Shown here: positions 62,568 through 64,000 of the stretch, in pieces
Layout: every line of letters begins with the position of its first letter
Position numbering within the stretch: the stretch's first letter is position 1
Assembly: GCF_000143415.4 (NCBI RefSeq)
Contig: NW_003314278.1
Coordinates: forward strand, 2,190,408-2,254,407
Direction of reading: 5' to 3'
Origin: Selaginella moellendorffii
Taxonomy: Eukaryota > Plantae > Lycopodiophyta
Length of the DNA: 64,000 bases
Notes under the pieces: model-generated
Seen by the model: only the letters and a program-made list of their open reading frames with translations
Databases searched by the model: none
What the model was told of the DNA's origin: nothing
Program-made: the position numbers and the translations under genes

Positions 62568-64000
62568 TTAGTACCTGTTGAAATGTATGCATATGCATGG
62601 TAACTTCAGCACCTAGAGATGGAATAATTCTTACCTTCGAGAAAATGGAAGCGAGAGAATCGCTAGAACAACCTTGACAACCTTTTCAGGAATTCCACTG
62701 AAATTAAACATGTCAATAAGGGAAGCAACAAGCAATTTAGCTCAATACCTTTTTTTCTCATCTAGCGCTTTCACTTCGGATTTCTTCGTGGCGTCCGATT
62801 CAACCCTGCAGAAGAGGCTATTTAGTAGCTGTTGAAAAATGTGTTTACATTTTGACCACTGCCCATACGCGCAAAACAAACTTACCGGACTTTGCTTTTG
62901 CTACAAATATACGAACAAGCAACCACAACATGGAGTTTAAGTTTCGCGCATTACTTCTCGTCAAAATCATAAATGCAAGATCCATTGTCACTCCTTGCGG
63001 TTGGGTCATAGTTCGCTGCATTGGGATCCGCGCACCCTTCAGGCACTGGAATGTTAACCTGTTGTGCGGCCTTTCCTGAATCAATAATACACAGAGGTCC
63101 AGCAGAGGATAAGAACAAACAAGTAGTTACCGTAAATGTTGGATTTATCGGCGACGGAAATTTTGGGTTTAGAAGCTTCAGCAGAAAAGTCATATTCGCA
63201 AGTTCCATCATCGCTTCTTGCAGTCGGATCGAAATTAGCAGCATTGGGATCGGTACAGCCCTCAGGAACTGGAAGATTGATTTGCTGTGCAGCTTTTCCT
63301 GAAAAAAAAATGGTTAACAATCTCTCAGGTGTTTTAGAAAACGTACCATATAAATTATCTTTTTCAGCTTTTTGACCTTCGGAAAAATCATAAACACAAG
63401 TTCCATCATCGCTTCTTGCCGTTGGATCGAAGTTTATAGCATTGGAATCCGTACATCCCTCCGGCACTGGAAGATTAATCTGTTGTGCAGCCTTGCCTGG
63501 TAGAAATGTTCAAGCAAGCAAATAAAAGAAAAACGCACGAGCTTAAATGCTTACCATACAAATTGTCTTGTTTCAAAGAACTCGTTGCGGGAGTTTTCTC
63601 AGCAAAATCATATTCACAAGTTCCGTCATCACTTCTGGCCGTAGGATCGAAGTTTCTTGCGAAGGGATCAGCGCAGCCTTCTGGAACTGGAAGCTTGACC
63701 GCTTGGGCAGCTTTGCCTGCAGTTAAAATGTTCCTCTAAGAAAAGAGAAAGAACGGCGAGTTTTTCTTTTTTACCGTAGAAGGTATCCTTCTCCCTTTCA
63801 TCCTCATTTGCATCACCCAAGGAACTCCCCTTCATATACTTATCAGCCAGATGATATCGCTTCACATTCTCCTGCTCTTGAACAAGCATATTTCCATATT
63901 CGAGTAGCTTGTCAATCGTCATGGGAGGCTTTGGAAAAGTCGGGGGACCATCCTTAGAGTTGACCAGCTTCGGGCCTATATTTTCCACCCCAACCTGGGT
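62568..64000 (-). CDS. RCA: Rubisco activase, 3' part, with fourfold C-terminal extension
   Basis: KLVNSKDGPPTF..KLLEYGNMLVQEQENVKR..ADKYM..TFYG, then four exons of GKAAQ..PVPEGCxDx..N(F/Y)DPTARSD(D/N)G(T/S)C. The gene runs off the window end. The stop is 62951 or, after further exons, about 62568. Confidence 0.93.

Overview
Compact plant nuclear DNA. Introns of about 45-60 nt, dense gene islands and PLS-type PPR genes suggest a Selaginella-like lycophyte; this is inferred, not proven. Three gene islands alternate with retroelement blocks. Island 1 (7-17 kb): small HSP, P-class PPR, YacP/NYN protein, WAV3-like RING-vWA ligase and a REVEILLE-like fragment. Island 2 (22.5-35.5 kb): PPR-E, CYP23, tRNA-His, UBC E2, ATL ligase, coiled-coil protein, CRF AP2/ERF and a Gly-rich protein. 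Island 3 (60-64 kb): GDSL lipase, CYP26-2 and the 3' half of Rubisco activase. The retroelement blocks lie at 0-5, 17.5-22.4 and 36-58 kb and include a nested Ty3/gypsy stack. Four observations stand out. (1) A young chromovirus has an integrase interrupted by two short GT-AG introns, and removing them restores the exact D-35-E spacing and the GPY motif. (2) The Rubisco activase carries four tandem exons of the redox C-terminal extension plus an extra spliced hydrophobic tail. (3) Cassandra-like TRIMs carry 5S rRNA promoter sequence. (4) A Tcn1-like element shows a Tf1-type self-priming signature. All gene models were spliced by eye; no database search was run, so family names come from recognised motifs.
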